From Actinomycetota bacterium (GTDB lineage: Bacteria; Actinomycetota; CADDZG01; WHSQ01), in NCBI GenBank assembly GCA_046263255.1, contig JBHELD010000012.1:451-64450 (forward strand): 64,000 nucleotides of DNA. Reading direction: 5' to 3'. A program made the position numbers and the translations under genes. The notes below the pieces were generated by a model that was given only the letters and a program-made list of their open reading frames with translations, was not told where the DNA came from and did not search any database. Position 1 is the first letter of the stretch; every line of letters begins with the position of its first letter. This document shows positions 43,263 through 52,008 of this stretch, piece after piece.

Positions 43263-44756
43263 CTAAGGCTCGCCCCAGATCGCGTTGCGGATCGCGTCGA
43301 TCCCCGCGATGAAGTTGTCCACCTCGGTGCGGTCCGGCAGCGGCTTCTTGCCGAGCAGGACGTCCAGCGCCAGCGCCTTCGACTCCGCGGTGACGACGCC
43401 GTAGCCCTGGTGGAGGTAGTAGACGGGCGTCGTCGGGCGGACGGCGTAGTCCCACGTGATCTTCTCGGGATCCGCGGGGACGGGGAACGCGGTCTTCTGC
43501 ACGAGCGCCTCTGCCTCGAGCCTCGTCAGCTTCCCGTCGTCGAGCGGCCCCGCCGCGAGCTTCTTCTTGCCGGCCGCGACGACCTGGTCGGGACGCTGGC
43601 CGCCGGTGGTGTCGCCGAGCTCGACGCGCGCGCGCTCGACGATCGCGGAGAGGACGCCGGCGGTCGTGGGGGCCGCGCAGGACGTGCCGCCGAAGTCGCG
43701 CGTCTGCACGTTCTCCTTGTCCAGGACGGTCTTGACGCCGAACGCACCCGCGGCGCGCCACTTCGAGCCGAACGACGAGACGTCGACCGGGATCGAGTGC
43801 CACCAGTGGGCCTGGCCGTTGATCGGCGACGCGGCCCCCACGGTGAGCTGCCATGCCGGCCCCGACCACGGGTCGGTCATCGATATGTCGGAGTCCGGCG
43901 TCTTGCACTTGCACGGGTCCTCGACCGGGCCGCCCGGGGTGAACACCGTCGACGAGTTCGTGTTCGTCGCGCCGTTGCCGGCGGAGAACAGGATGCTCTG
44001 CCCCCGGCGCGTCGCGGCGCGGGTCGTCTCGGGATCGCCGAGCGGGAGGTTCGCCCGGTTCCCCCAAGAGTTCGAGACGACGTCGATCCACGGCTGTGCG
44101 GTCGCCCACTCGAGGCTGCGCTCGCCGAGGCCCTCGACCATCACGATCAGGGCCTTCGGGTTCGAGCCGAACTTCGTCCCCGTCCCGACGCTCACGACGC
44201 CGGTGCCGTGGCCCTGGTCGTCGAGGATCTTGCGCTCGAGCCAGTCGCCGGTCGTGTCGCCCGCGGCGCGGGAGATCCCGCCGATGATCCTCGTGCCGGG
44301 GAACCAGTAGAGCCGGTCGCCCTCGACGGCCTTCCACATGGCGTCGTCGGCCTCGCGCGCGGCCTCGTAGCCCTTTGCGTCGGCGACGCCGAAGGAGGGC
44401 CTTAGCGCGGGGGCCTGGGCCGGGTACCCCTCGATGAACTTCGACGGGTGGTGCACGAACTCCGGCGCACGGAAGTCCTGGTGGTACGGGTTGATGCCAC
44501 TGTCGACGAACGCGACGACGACGAACGGCTTGCGCTCGAACGCCGCGAGCGAGCACGCGACCTGCTTGGGCCTCGGAAGCTTCAGGCAGCTCTGGTCGAT
44601 GCGGATCCTGTCGCCGTTCGACCAGTGCCCGGTGTCGTTCTCCGCGAACCACTGGTCGCGCGGGGGCGTCGGCGGGATCTCCTGGGCCGCCGAGAGGGAC
44701 GGGACGAGGGCGGCCGCGAGGGCCGCGAGCAAGACGAGGGACAGCGATCTGCGCAT
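43263..44756 (-). CDS. secreted S8 family serine peptidase (subtilase)
   Basis: Signal MRRSLSLVLLAALAAALVPSLSAA. Catalytic triad contexts VAFVDSGINPYH (Asp), DDQGHGTGVVS (His) and GGTSCAAPTTAG (Ser). Paralogue of 49367..50908. Confidence 0.85.
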   Translation of the reverse strand: MRRSLSLVLLAALAAALVPSLSAAQEIPPTPPRDQWFAENDTGHWSNGDRIRIDQSCLKLPRPKQVACSLAAFERKPFVVVAFVDSGINPYHQDFRAPEFVHHPSKFIEGYPAQAPALRPSFGVADAKGYEAAREADDAMWKAVEGDRLYWFPGTRIIGGISRAAGDTTGDWLERKILDDQGHGTGVVSVGTGTKFGSNPKALIVMVEGLGERSLEWATAQPWIDVVSNSWGNRANLPLGDPETTRAATRRGQSILFSAGNGATNTNSSTVFTPGGPVEDPCKCKTPDSDISMTDPWSGPAWQLTVGAASPINGQAHWWHSIPVDVSSFGSKWRAAGAFGVKTVLDKENVQTRDFGGTSCAAPTTAGVLSAIVERARVELGDTTGGQRPDQVVAAGKKKLAAGPLDDGKLTRLEAEALVQKTAFPVPADPEKITWDYAVRPTTPVYYLHQGYGVVTAESKALALDVLLGKKPLPDRTEVDNFIAGIDAIRNAIWGEP

Positions 44757-44817
44757 GCCCCTCAATTGGCGTCCGGGGGCCGGAATCCTGTCGACGCGGG
44801 GGCGCGGCCGGCGAAAG

Positions 44818-44852
44818 CGTCGATTTCTCCCGCGGTCCGGGAGAAATCGACG
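44818..44852. promoter_or_regulatory. perfect 15-bp stem / 5-nt loop hairpin between the RTX gene end and the S8 gene start
   Basis: CGTCGATTTCTCCCG-CGGTC-CGGGAGAAATCGACG. It lies 62-96 nt upstream of S8 start 44756 and 230 nt downstream of the RTX stop 45082. It could be a terminator or an operator. Confidence 0.6.
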
Positions 44853-45081
44853 AGCCGGGCGCCGCCGGCCTCACACCCGGAGCGGCTTCTCTTCCTCCTC
44901 CAGCTGCGCCGCCTCCCGGCTAGCTCGTCGAGGTGCTCTCCCTCGCCCGCGACGGCGACCTTCGGGATCAGGCGGTCGGTACCGAGAGTGGATCGCGACG
45001 CGGCCCGTTGCCGGAAGTGCGCAGCCGGAAGAACGCAATTCGTCCCCTCGCGCCCGAAACCTCGACGCCAGGAAGCGTGGG

Positions 45082-46476
45082 CTACTGCGAAGGGGCGCTT
45101 CCGGGAACGTCTCCGGACGTAAGGACCCGCAGCATCCGGAGAAGCTGAGCGAGGACCTCCCGGGATCCGTCGCCCACGAGAGGGAGCGGAAGCGAAGGCA
45201 GCGGTGCGAACGCCTGCCGGGACCGCGACGAAGCGACGCCCGCGCCGTTCGTGGTCGATGTCTCACAGCCGGTGACGGTTTCACCTTCGACACACTGGTC
45301 GTCGCCGCGGCCGCCCTTGATCCTGTCGCGACCGTCTCCACCCGCGAGCTTGTCTCCGCCTCCGCCGCCCGCGACGAGGTCGTCCGCGCCTCCGGCTTTG
45401 ACCACGTCGACGGCGCCGCCCCCGAGCAGCACGTTTCGTCCGCCGTCACCGATGATGACCTGGCTCTCGGAACCGCCGGCGACGTTCTCGAAGCCGGCGA
45501 TCGTGTCGGAGAACTCCGTTCCCACCGCGGTCCCGGTCGAGAGATCGATCGTTCCCTGAAACTCGTAGTAGACGGTGTCGTTCCCGCGCCCGCCCCGAAC
45601 CGTGCCCTGGCCATAGTGGCGATACGCGACGTCGTCTCCACCCCTGCCCACGATCCGGTCGTTCCCGCCGACTCCGCCGATGAGCTCGTTGTCGCCACTG
45701 CCGCCGGCGAGCACGTCGTCGTACGACGACCCGAAGATGTTCTCTGCGCTCAGAAGGACGTCGTTTCCCTCTCCCGTCGCCGTGCGGCTGCGAAGGTCGA
45801 CGTGGACGGGCGCCGGCGAGTCGATGAACGCGGCGTAGTCGCGGCCGCGACTGCCGCGCAGGATGTCGTCACCCGAGTAGCCGAGGAGTGAGTCGCCACC
45901 GCCGCCGCCGTCGAGCACGTCGTCGCCGCCGTGGCCGATCAGGACGTTGCCCCGGGAGTTGCCCGTGATCGCGTCGGCGAACAAGGAGCCCTCCACCTGG
46001 TGCACCCCCCTGATCGCGTCGCGTCCCCAACCGCGAGCTCGTCCGGCGGCGAGGTCGACGACGACTCCACGCGGTGACCGGAGATAGTCGACGACGTTGA
46101 TGCGATCCCCGCCGCCGACGACGCGGTCTCGACCCCCTGCCGGATAGAACCAGTCCATGCCGAGGCCGCCCCGCATGACGTCGTCGCCGGGGCCCCCGCA
46201 GATGGAGTCGTGGCCGGCGTAGCCGACGATGCGATCGTCGCCCGCACCCGCCCAGAAAACGTCTTGTCCTGCGGTCCCGCGAAGGACGTCGTCACCGGAG
46301 GTGCCGCGCACCGTGACCTTCCGGATGCCGCAGAAGTGCTCTTGTGCCGCGCGGGCGGGAAGAGAAAGAAAGGGCCCGGTCAGCCCGAGGAGCCCGATCG
46401 CGACGATCGCGCTGGCCGTTGGGGCACCGAGTGATCCCGGCGATCGCACACCGCGACGCGCGCGCCTCGGCGGCAT
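45082..46476 (-). CDS. secreted RTX/beta-roll calcium-binding protein with a C-terminal extension
   Basis: Start set at ATG 46476 to avoid overlapping the upstream gene. N-module FCGIRKVTVRGTSGDDVLRGT, GGxGxD repeats, cap CVEGETVTGCE, then a ~60-aa tail absent from the paralogues. Confidence 0.8.
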   Translation of the reverse strand: MPPRRARRGVRSPGSLGAPTASAIVAIGLLGLTGPFLSLPARAAQEHFCGIRKVTVRGTSGDDVLRGTAGQDVFWAGAGDDRIVGYAGHDSICGGPGDDVMRGGLGMDWFYPAGGRDRVVGGGDRINVVDYLRSPRGVVVDLAAGRARGWGRDAIRGVHQVEGSLFADAITGNSRGNVLIGHGGDDVLDGGGGGDSLLGYSGDDILRGSRGRDYAAFIDSPAPVHVDLRSRTATGEGNDVLLSAENIFGSSYDDVLAGGSGDNELIGGVGGNDRIVGRGGDDVAYRHYGQGTVRGGRGNDTVYYEFQGTIDLSTGTAVGTEFSDTIAGFENVAGGSESQVIIGDGGRNVLLGGGAVDVVKAGGADDLVAGGGGGDKLAGGDGRDRIKGGRGDDQCVEGETVTGCETSTTNGAGVASSRSRQAFAPLPSLPLPLVGDGSREVLAQLLRMLRVLTSGDVPGSAPSQ

Positions 46477-46502
46477 TCCTCGAGCCAGCAACGCCGCCGC
46501 GC

Positions 46503-47561
46503 TCACTCCTCTGTCGGCAGCCATGACTCTGCGTACTCGATGGCGTCCGCGGACGCTCCGTCGACGGACATCCCGGGGCAATAGAGCTCGGCCGTGGCTT
46601 TCGCCGTATCTCGCTCTTCGTCGATCTGATTGGGACCGCCTCCGTCAACGGCATGCCCCCTGACACGAATTCTGTAGACAGCGGTCTGCTGTTTCGTGCA
46701 CGGCTCTGCGATCTTCTTCGAGGCGTCCCCCCAGACGCCCCCCTCGCTGATGATCTTCTTCTTTTCCCTGCAGCCCATCTTCGTCCAGGCACCCGCCACC
46801 GCGCGATGGAGACATACCTTGATCTCGACGAACGATACGAACTCGCCACATTCGAAGGTTCCGCGCCCCACGACCATCCCACCTCCAGCCGAGATGCGAG
46901 GACCCGATACCGACGCTTCGCATTCCAGATCCGAGAGCTCCGCATCCATCTCCCAGGCCAGGTCGACAACGTCGTCTGGATCCGGGCACGTCTCGCGCGC
47001 CTCGTCCGCGTTGTCGAGGTCGCAGGCGCTCCACGGCCCGAGGGGATCCTGGGCCGCGTCGCACGCGCCGGCGTCGCATACCAGGCCCACCAGCTCCTCG
47101 GTGCCGTCGTTGCCGCACCCGTCGTCGCCACATTCGAGTGGACTTTCAACCGCACCCATCACCGTTGCGTCCGGCGGAGGAGTGGTGACGGGCGCGACTG
47201 GCTCCGGCACGACAGACGTCGCTTCGGTCATCGGCGCGGCGACGAACGCGCCGCTGTCGTGCGAAGTGGGGTCGGTGCGCGTCAGGCCGATGAGCCGGTT
47301 CGACGCGGCATCGGCCATCGCGTAGGCGAACGTCTCTTCATTCGTCGTCCCGGGCTCGAACACGGCTATTCCGCCACCAGGCGGAAAGCCCGTGGTGCTG
47401 TCGAGAGGGATCGACACGGAATCGCCTGCGAGCTCGGCGGCAACGGGCTCGAGCAGCGTCGCGCCGACCGGCTCCGCACCTGAGATCCCGCCGGCGCCCG
47501 CAAGACTCCCCACCACCACGGCCACGATGAGTGCAACGCGCGCAACCCCCCGATATCCCAT
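46503..47561 (-). CDS. hypothetical secreted Cys-rich protein
   Basis: Signal MGYRGVARVALIVAVVVGSLAGAGG. The acidic central region has CGDDGCGNDG and CDAGACDAAQD, with further Cys pairs in the C-terminal domain. GGAAGG precedes ATG 47561. No family recognised. Confidence 0.6.
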   Translation of the reverse strand: MGYRGVARVALIVAVVVGSLAGAGGISGAEPVGATLLEPVAAELAGDSVSIPLDSTTGFPPGGGIAVFEPGTTNEETFAYAMADAASNRLIGLTRTDPTSHDSGAFVAAPMTEATSVVPEPVAPVTTPPPDATVMGAVESPLECGDDGCGNDGTEELVGLVCDAGACDAAQDPLGPWSACDLDNADEARETCPDPDDVVDLAWEMDAELSDLECEASVSGPRISAGGGMVVGRGTFECGEFVSFVEIKVCLHRAVAGAWTKMGCREKKKIISEGGVWGDASKKIAEPCTKQQTAVYRIRVRGHAVDGGGPNQIDEERDTAKATAELYCPGMSVDGASADAIEYAESWLPTEE

Positions 47562-47620
47562 CGAGCCGCCTTCCGCCTCACAAGCGGTCCCCACCGCCTG
47601 GCCTGGCGGGCAGTATGGCG

Positions 47621-47663
47621 TAGTTAACTCAGACTAGTCAAGGAGTACTTCTCATAGTTATTC
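47621..47663 (-). promoter_or_regulatory. AT-rich island with a candidate sigma70-type promoter for the Cys-rich/RTX operon
   Basis: TAGTTAACTCAGACTAGTCAAGGAGTACTTCTCATAGTTATTC stands out in a ~70% GC background. On the minus strand it reads TTGACT, an 18-nt spacer, then CATACT, about 60 nt upstream of ATG 47561. Confidence 0.3.
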
Positions 47664-47711
47664 GGCGGCCGCCCCGCCAAAGCCCCTCACGGCCAGTGAC
47701 GGGTGCCAGCG

Positions 47712-49295
47712 CTAGCGGAGTCGCGGCCCCCCCACGATCGTGCCCACGACTCCTTCGTTGCCCTGGTTGCTCGGCCCCGTCTGCGCGCACTGGTTCACGC
47801 ACGCGTCGACGAACGAGCCCCACGGGCGGCCCTGGTCGTCGATCACGACGTCGAGGAAGTCGTAGACGGCCTTGCAGCGGATCGGACCGCAGGTCCCGCG
47901 CACCATCGGGTCGGACGGGTCGTTTATCGACGCGGAGTGGAAGACCGGCGAGCGATCGAGCGCGTTCGCCGAGACGGTCATGTACCCGTTCCACGTCACG
48001 TCCTCGTAGCTCCCCGGGTCGGGGGGGCCGAGGAAGAAGAGCTGCCTGAAGCAGTAGACGGGGTCGGGCTTGCAGTCGTCGCTCTCCGGAAACGGCTCCC
48101 CCGGCGAGTTCGTGCTGCCCATGTACACGACCGCCACCTTGCCGCGGCCCCCGAGCGCGAGGCTCGGAAGCGCTGCTTCCTTCAGGCCGGGCGGCCCGAC
48201 CATCAGCGGCTTGCTCCACGTCTTTCCGCCGTCGCGCGACACGGCGAGGTACGGGAGCCGGTTGCGCGCGATCCAGAAGTAGTAGACGTTGCCGTCGCCG
48301 TCGGCCGCGACGCTCGCCTCGTGCTCGTAGACGCCGGTCGGGCTCAGCGGCATCCCGTTGTCGGCGACCTGCACCCGAGTCCAGGTGGCGCCCTCGTCGC
48401 GGCTGATCGCGAGCCACGGCTGACCGCACAGCCCCTTGGGGACGTAGATCGTGCCGTCCGGGCCGCCGAAGCCGTGCCCGATCGCGCCGTGGCAGTAGCC
48501 GTCGATGCCGAGGTCGTTCTCGGGCTGCCGGTCGGTGACGAACGGGGGGGCGCCGGTCGGGACGTACGAGACGCCGCCGTCGAGCGACTTCAGGCACTGC
48601 GTCGCGACCGAGTAGATGGTCGCGCCCGCCTGAGTCGAGCACGCGTAGACGACGTTGTCGTAGACCACGGTGGGACTGAGGACGGGAGGCGCGGCGAAGA
48701 GGTTCTGGTGGTCCTGCAGCCCGCAGCCCCCGGCGGTCGTCGTCCACGTCTCGCCGCGGTCGTCGGTGAACGAGATCAGCGAGCAACCGAAGAAGAAGTC
48801 GAAGGTGAAGACGCGCTCGGTCGACGGATCGACCCAGAGGAACGGGTCGAGCGTCTGGGGGTGGCGGTCCATCGACCCGAGCTTCGGCGAGACGTCGCGC
48901 CACTTCCGGCCGCCGTTGCCGCTGGCGAGCACTTGCGGTCCGCTGCTCAGCGCCTGGAAGAAGATCGTGCCGCTCTTGGTGACGCCGAGCGTGGGCTCAC
49001 CCGCGCCGACGCCGGTGCGGAAAAGACGCGGCGTCGCCCTGCCCCCGCGCAGCGGCGCGCCGCCGGCCGGGTGGATCACGGTGGCGGGGCCGGAGTCGGC
49101 GGCGATGCTGCGGCGGAACCTCGGTGTAGTCACGCCGGGCTCGAAATCGGGCGGGGCCTCCTCCATGTCGAGGCGGGCGTCGACGTGGGCGTGGGCGTGC
49201 GGGACGCGCGGAGTCGCCACAGGCGCCGCGGGGGCAGTGGCCACCCCCCACAGCACGAGCGCGGCCAGCGCGACGACGGGGACCCGGCGCGTCAT
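47712..49295 (-). CDS. secreted BNR/Asp-box repeat beta-propeller protein (sialidase-like fold)
   Basis: Signal MTRRVPVVALAALVLWGVATAPAA. Asp-box motifs SxDxGxTW (TDDRGETWT, SRDEGATWT, SRDGGKTWS, SLDGGVSY). GGGAGGAAG precedes ATG 49295. Confidence 0.8.
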   Translation of the reverse strand: MTRRVPVVALAALVLWGVATAPAAPVATPRVPHAHAHVDARLDMEEAPPDFEPGVTTPRFRRSIAADSGPATVIHPAGGAPLRGGRATPRLFRTGVGAGEPTLGVTKSGTIFFQALSSGPQVLASGNGGRKWRDVSPKLGSMDRHPQTLDPFLWVDPSTERVFTFDFFFGCSLISFTDDRGETWTTTAGGCGLQDHQNLFAAPPVLSPTVVYDNVVYACSTQAGATIYSVATQCLKSLDGGVSYVPTGAPPFVTDRQPENDLGIDGYCHGAIGHGFGGPDGTIYVPKGLCGQPWLAISRDEGATWTRVQVADNGMPLSPTGVYEHEASVAADGDGNVYYFWIARNRLPYLAVSRDGGKTWSKPLMVGPPGLKEAALPSLALGGRGKVAVVYMGSTNSPGEPFPESDDCKPDPVYCFRQLFFLGPPDPGSYEDVTWNGYMTVSANALDRSPVFHSASINDPSDPMVRGTCGPIRCKAVYDFLDVVIDDQGRPWGSFVDACVNQCAQTGPSNQGNEGVVGTIVGGPRLR

Positions 49296-49366
49296 GTCTT
49301 CCTCCCGCGGCTGGGACGGACGTCCTTTTCGTGAGGATTCGGTGCCGGCGCCCGGCGGTCCTGCGC

Positions 49367-50908
49367 CTACGGAGGAGTCGGAACCGCGGGGCACGTCTGC
49401 TCGAGCGCCGACCGTACCGGGAACTCCGGGTCCGGCCCCGGCAGGCCGGTCCTCCCCGCGACGTAGTAGCCGCCCTTCCAGTGCCCCCAGATCTCCTGCC
49501 GGCAGAACGAGTCGACGATCATCCACTCGCGCTCGCCCGCGGGCCGCTTCAGCTCGCGCGTCCGGCCGTAAAGGGGGCCGAGGATCCTCTCGAGCTCCTT
49601 CAACCAGGGGCCCGTCTCACCGCTCGAACGGGCGAGGTAGGTGCCGTGGCCCTCGGCCAGGAACTCGTCCTCGCCGACTACCGGCGCCGCTACGCGGTCG
49701 AGCGGATCGGTCGTCCCGGCGGCGGTGTGGACGGCCCCCAGCAGCAGCCGGCGGCGCAGCTCCTGCGCGGTCAGGATCCCGTCGGCGAGCTCGCAGCGGC
49801 GCCGCGCCCGGCCGCACGCAACGCCTCCACCGGACGCGATCACCCCGCGGCTCTGCACACGGCTCGAGCCGCTGAGGTCCCGGCGCGCCTCGTACAGAGC
49901 GCGCAGGTACATGCCGGCGACGGTGGGGGCCGCATTCGACGTCCCGCCGAACCCGCTCGGGCCGGTCTCGCTCACGGTCAGCGCGGTGTACGCCGAGGGG
50001 TACCGGCGCCCGACGCCCGACACGTCGGCCGGCTTTCCGTGGCCGACGTAGGAGCCCTGAGTCGTGGGGCTCACGGCACCGACCGTTATCAACCAGTCCG
50101 GTCCCTTCTCGGAGCTCAGATACGTCGGGTTCGGCGCGACGAAGGCGTTCTCGAAGCCGTTGCCGGCGGAGAAGAAGACCGTCTGCCCGCGGTCGGCCGC
50201 CTTGCGCTGCGCCTCCGAGTCGTCGCCGTTGTAGATCTTCGGCACGATGTCGCCGTTGCCGTACGAGTTCGACACCGCGTCGATCCACGGCTGGTCCATC
50301 GCCCAGTCGAGGGCGGCGACGGCCTCGTCCGCCGATCCGATGTCGATGAAGACGAGCAGGCACTCCGGGCACGTCCCGTGCAGGTTCCCGACCGAGACGC
50401 TCGTGGTGCCGGTGCCGTGCTCGGACGAGCTCCCGTGGATCTTCTCGGTCCCGAACTCGATCGCGCCGACGACCTTCGTCCCCGGCAGCCAGTAGTAGTT
50501 GATGCGGTCGCGGGTGCTGCGCTCGACCGCGTCCCACTTCGACGTGTCCTGCGCGTCGAGCTCCTGGAGGCGAGCGTCGGGGTTCTTCTGGTCGAGCGTC
50601 AGGTCGATCGCCCCGTACGACGCGAACGCCTTGTCCGGGGTCGGGAACCCGCGGAGCCACCGATGGGGCGGGGTCTCGAGTGGCAGGTCGTTCGAACGGT
50701 CCCGATCGAGATGCTGCGGCATCTTCGAGGCGGCGTAGTCCCAGTGGTACGGCGAAAACGTGTAGTCGATCACCGCGAGGACCACGGCGTCGTCGCCGGC
50801 GTCGGCCGGCGTGAGGGAGCCGCGAGGCGCCGAGCGCTCGGACGCGGCCGCCGGCGCGAGGAGCGCCGTGGTCAGAGCGGCCGCCGCGGCCAGCGCGATC
50901 CTCCGCAT
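49367..50908 (-). CDS. secreted S8 family serine peptidase (subtilase)
   Basis: Signal MRRIALAAAAALTTALLAPAAAS. Triad contexts LAVIDYTFSPYH, SSEHGTGTTS and GGTSNAAPTVAG. It shares YWxPGT and QPWIDxVSNSxG blocks with 43263..44756. Confidence 0.85.
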   Translation of the reverse strand: MRRIALAAAAALTTALLAPAAASERSAPRGSLTPADAGDDAVVLAVIDYTFSPYHWDYAASKMPQHLDRDRSNDLPLETPPHRWLRGFPTPDKAFASYGAIDLTLDQKNPDARLQELDAQDTSKWDAVERSTRDRINYYWLPGTKVVGAIEFGTEKIHGSSSEHGTGTTSVSVGNLHGTCPECLLVFIDIGSADEAVAALDWAMDQPWIDAVSNSYGNGDIVPKIYNGDDSEAQRKAADRGQTVFFSAGNGFENAFVAPNPTYLSSEKGPDWLITVGAVSPTTQGSYVGHGKPADVSGVGRRYPSAYTALTVSETGPSGFGGTSNAAPTVAGMYLRALYEARRDLSGSSRVQSRGVIASGGGVACGRARRRCELADGILTAQELRRRLLLGAVHTAAGTTDPLDRVAAPVVGEDEFLAEGHGTYLARSSGETGPWLKELERILGPLYGRTRELKRPAGEREWMIVDSFCRQEIWGHWKGGYYVAGRTGLPGPDPEFPVRSALEQTCPAVPTPP

Positions 50909-51038
50909 CTCGTCCTCCCCGTGGTGTCTTCGGCCGTCGGTGTGAGGGTTCGGGACCTGGTCCCCATCTCCTCCGCCCGGAGCCCGCGCCGGATGCGCCG
51001 TCGGCGCCGCCTCGACGAGCCGGGGCGCCGGTGGCGAT

Positions 51039-51530
51039 CTACGCCTCGTGCCCCGGCTCGAACTCCTTCGCCCTCTGGAACGAGAAGAACGACGATCCGC
51101 CGGCCTCGGCGGAGACGGGCTCGAGCAGGAACCCGGTGTGATCCCCGACCGGCAGTCGATCGAGCACCTTTCCGACGAAGCGGTCCGGGCACTCGGTGAG
51201 GATCGGTACGCCCTCCGGCCCCGGCTCCCACGCGCACCGCTCGAACTTGTCGACCTCGTCCCCCGTCTCCTCCCCGAACAGCCGGGCCAGCGCCTCGCAG
51301 TCCTCCGGCACGACGTGGACGCCGAGGAGCTGCGCCCCCAGGGCGACGCGGTGCGTGTGGTTCTTGTCCGAGAGGAACGCCACGAAACGGGGAGGGTCGA
51401 TGCTGCACTGCGAGCCGAAGCCGACGAGGCACCCGGCGCGCCCCGAGCCGGAGGCCGCGGTGACGACGAACATCGCGTGGTCGAGGTGAGCGGTGAGCTC
51501 GTCGAAGGCGTGGCGCGGCTCGGTCGTCAT
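51039..51530 (-). CDS. flavin reductase family protein
   Basis: 163 aa. FVVTAASGSGRAGCLVGFGSQCSIDPPRFVAFLS...HTGFLLEPV fits the flavin reductase-like FMN-binding split barrel. Only the C-terminal part of track ORF 51039..52217 looks coding. Confidence 0.8.
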   Translation of the reverse strand: MTTEPRHAFDELTAHLDHAMFVVTAASGSGRAGCLVGFGSQCSIDPPRFVAFLSDKNHTHRVALGAQLLGVHVVPEDCEALARLFGEETGDEVDKFERCAWEPGPEGVPILTECPDRFVGKVLDRLPVGDHTGFLLEPVSAEAGGSSFFSFQRAKEFEPGHEA

Positions 51531-51862
51531 GGCGGAACGATTCTCTCGCCGCGCGCGCCTCGAACCACCGATCGGACCGGGGGCAACGCCGCCACCACCC
51601 GCGACCCCGCTGTGAGGTCGTGTAGCGCAGCCCGATCGGCCCGCCGGAACGCCCGAACGGCGTAGAGCGTCCACGCGAAGAGCATGCCGAGCAGGACGAG
51701 ACCGCGGCGCACGCGCCCAGGCGCGCTCCGAGGGGAGAGCGGGCACGATCTGCGGGTGGCGTGCGGCCCCGCCGCCGCGTCGCACCCGCCCCGCGCGACG
51801 AAGCACGCCGCCCCACCCGCTGCGCACCACGCGGCGGCCAGACCCACGTTGAACGCGACCAT
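51527..51862 (-). CDS. possible small membrane protein (111 aa)
   Basis: GGAAGGGG precedes ATG 51862. Two hydrophobic segments (VAFNVGLAAAWCAAGGAACFV; GLVLLGMLFAWTLYAV). The stop overlaps the flavin reductase ATG as ATGA. The composition is otherwise Arg/Ala-rich, so the call is weak. Confidence 0.35.
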   Translation of the reverse strand: MVAFNVGLAAAWCAAGGAACFVARGGCDAAAGPHATRRSCPLSPRSAPGRVRRGLVLLGMLFAWTLYAVRAFRRADRAALHDLTAGSRVVAALPPVRSVVRGARGERIVPP

Positions 51863-52008
51863 CGCCCCTTCCGAGGAGACGGACCGCGCCGCCGTCGCGG
51901 CGAGGACATCCAGAACGTGAACAGCGACGGGAACACGGCCCCGGCCGCCGAGGCCCAGCGCGCGCTCCGGGGAAAGGCGTACGGAAGGCGGGCCCCCACG
52001 GCCCCTGT

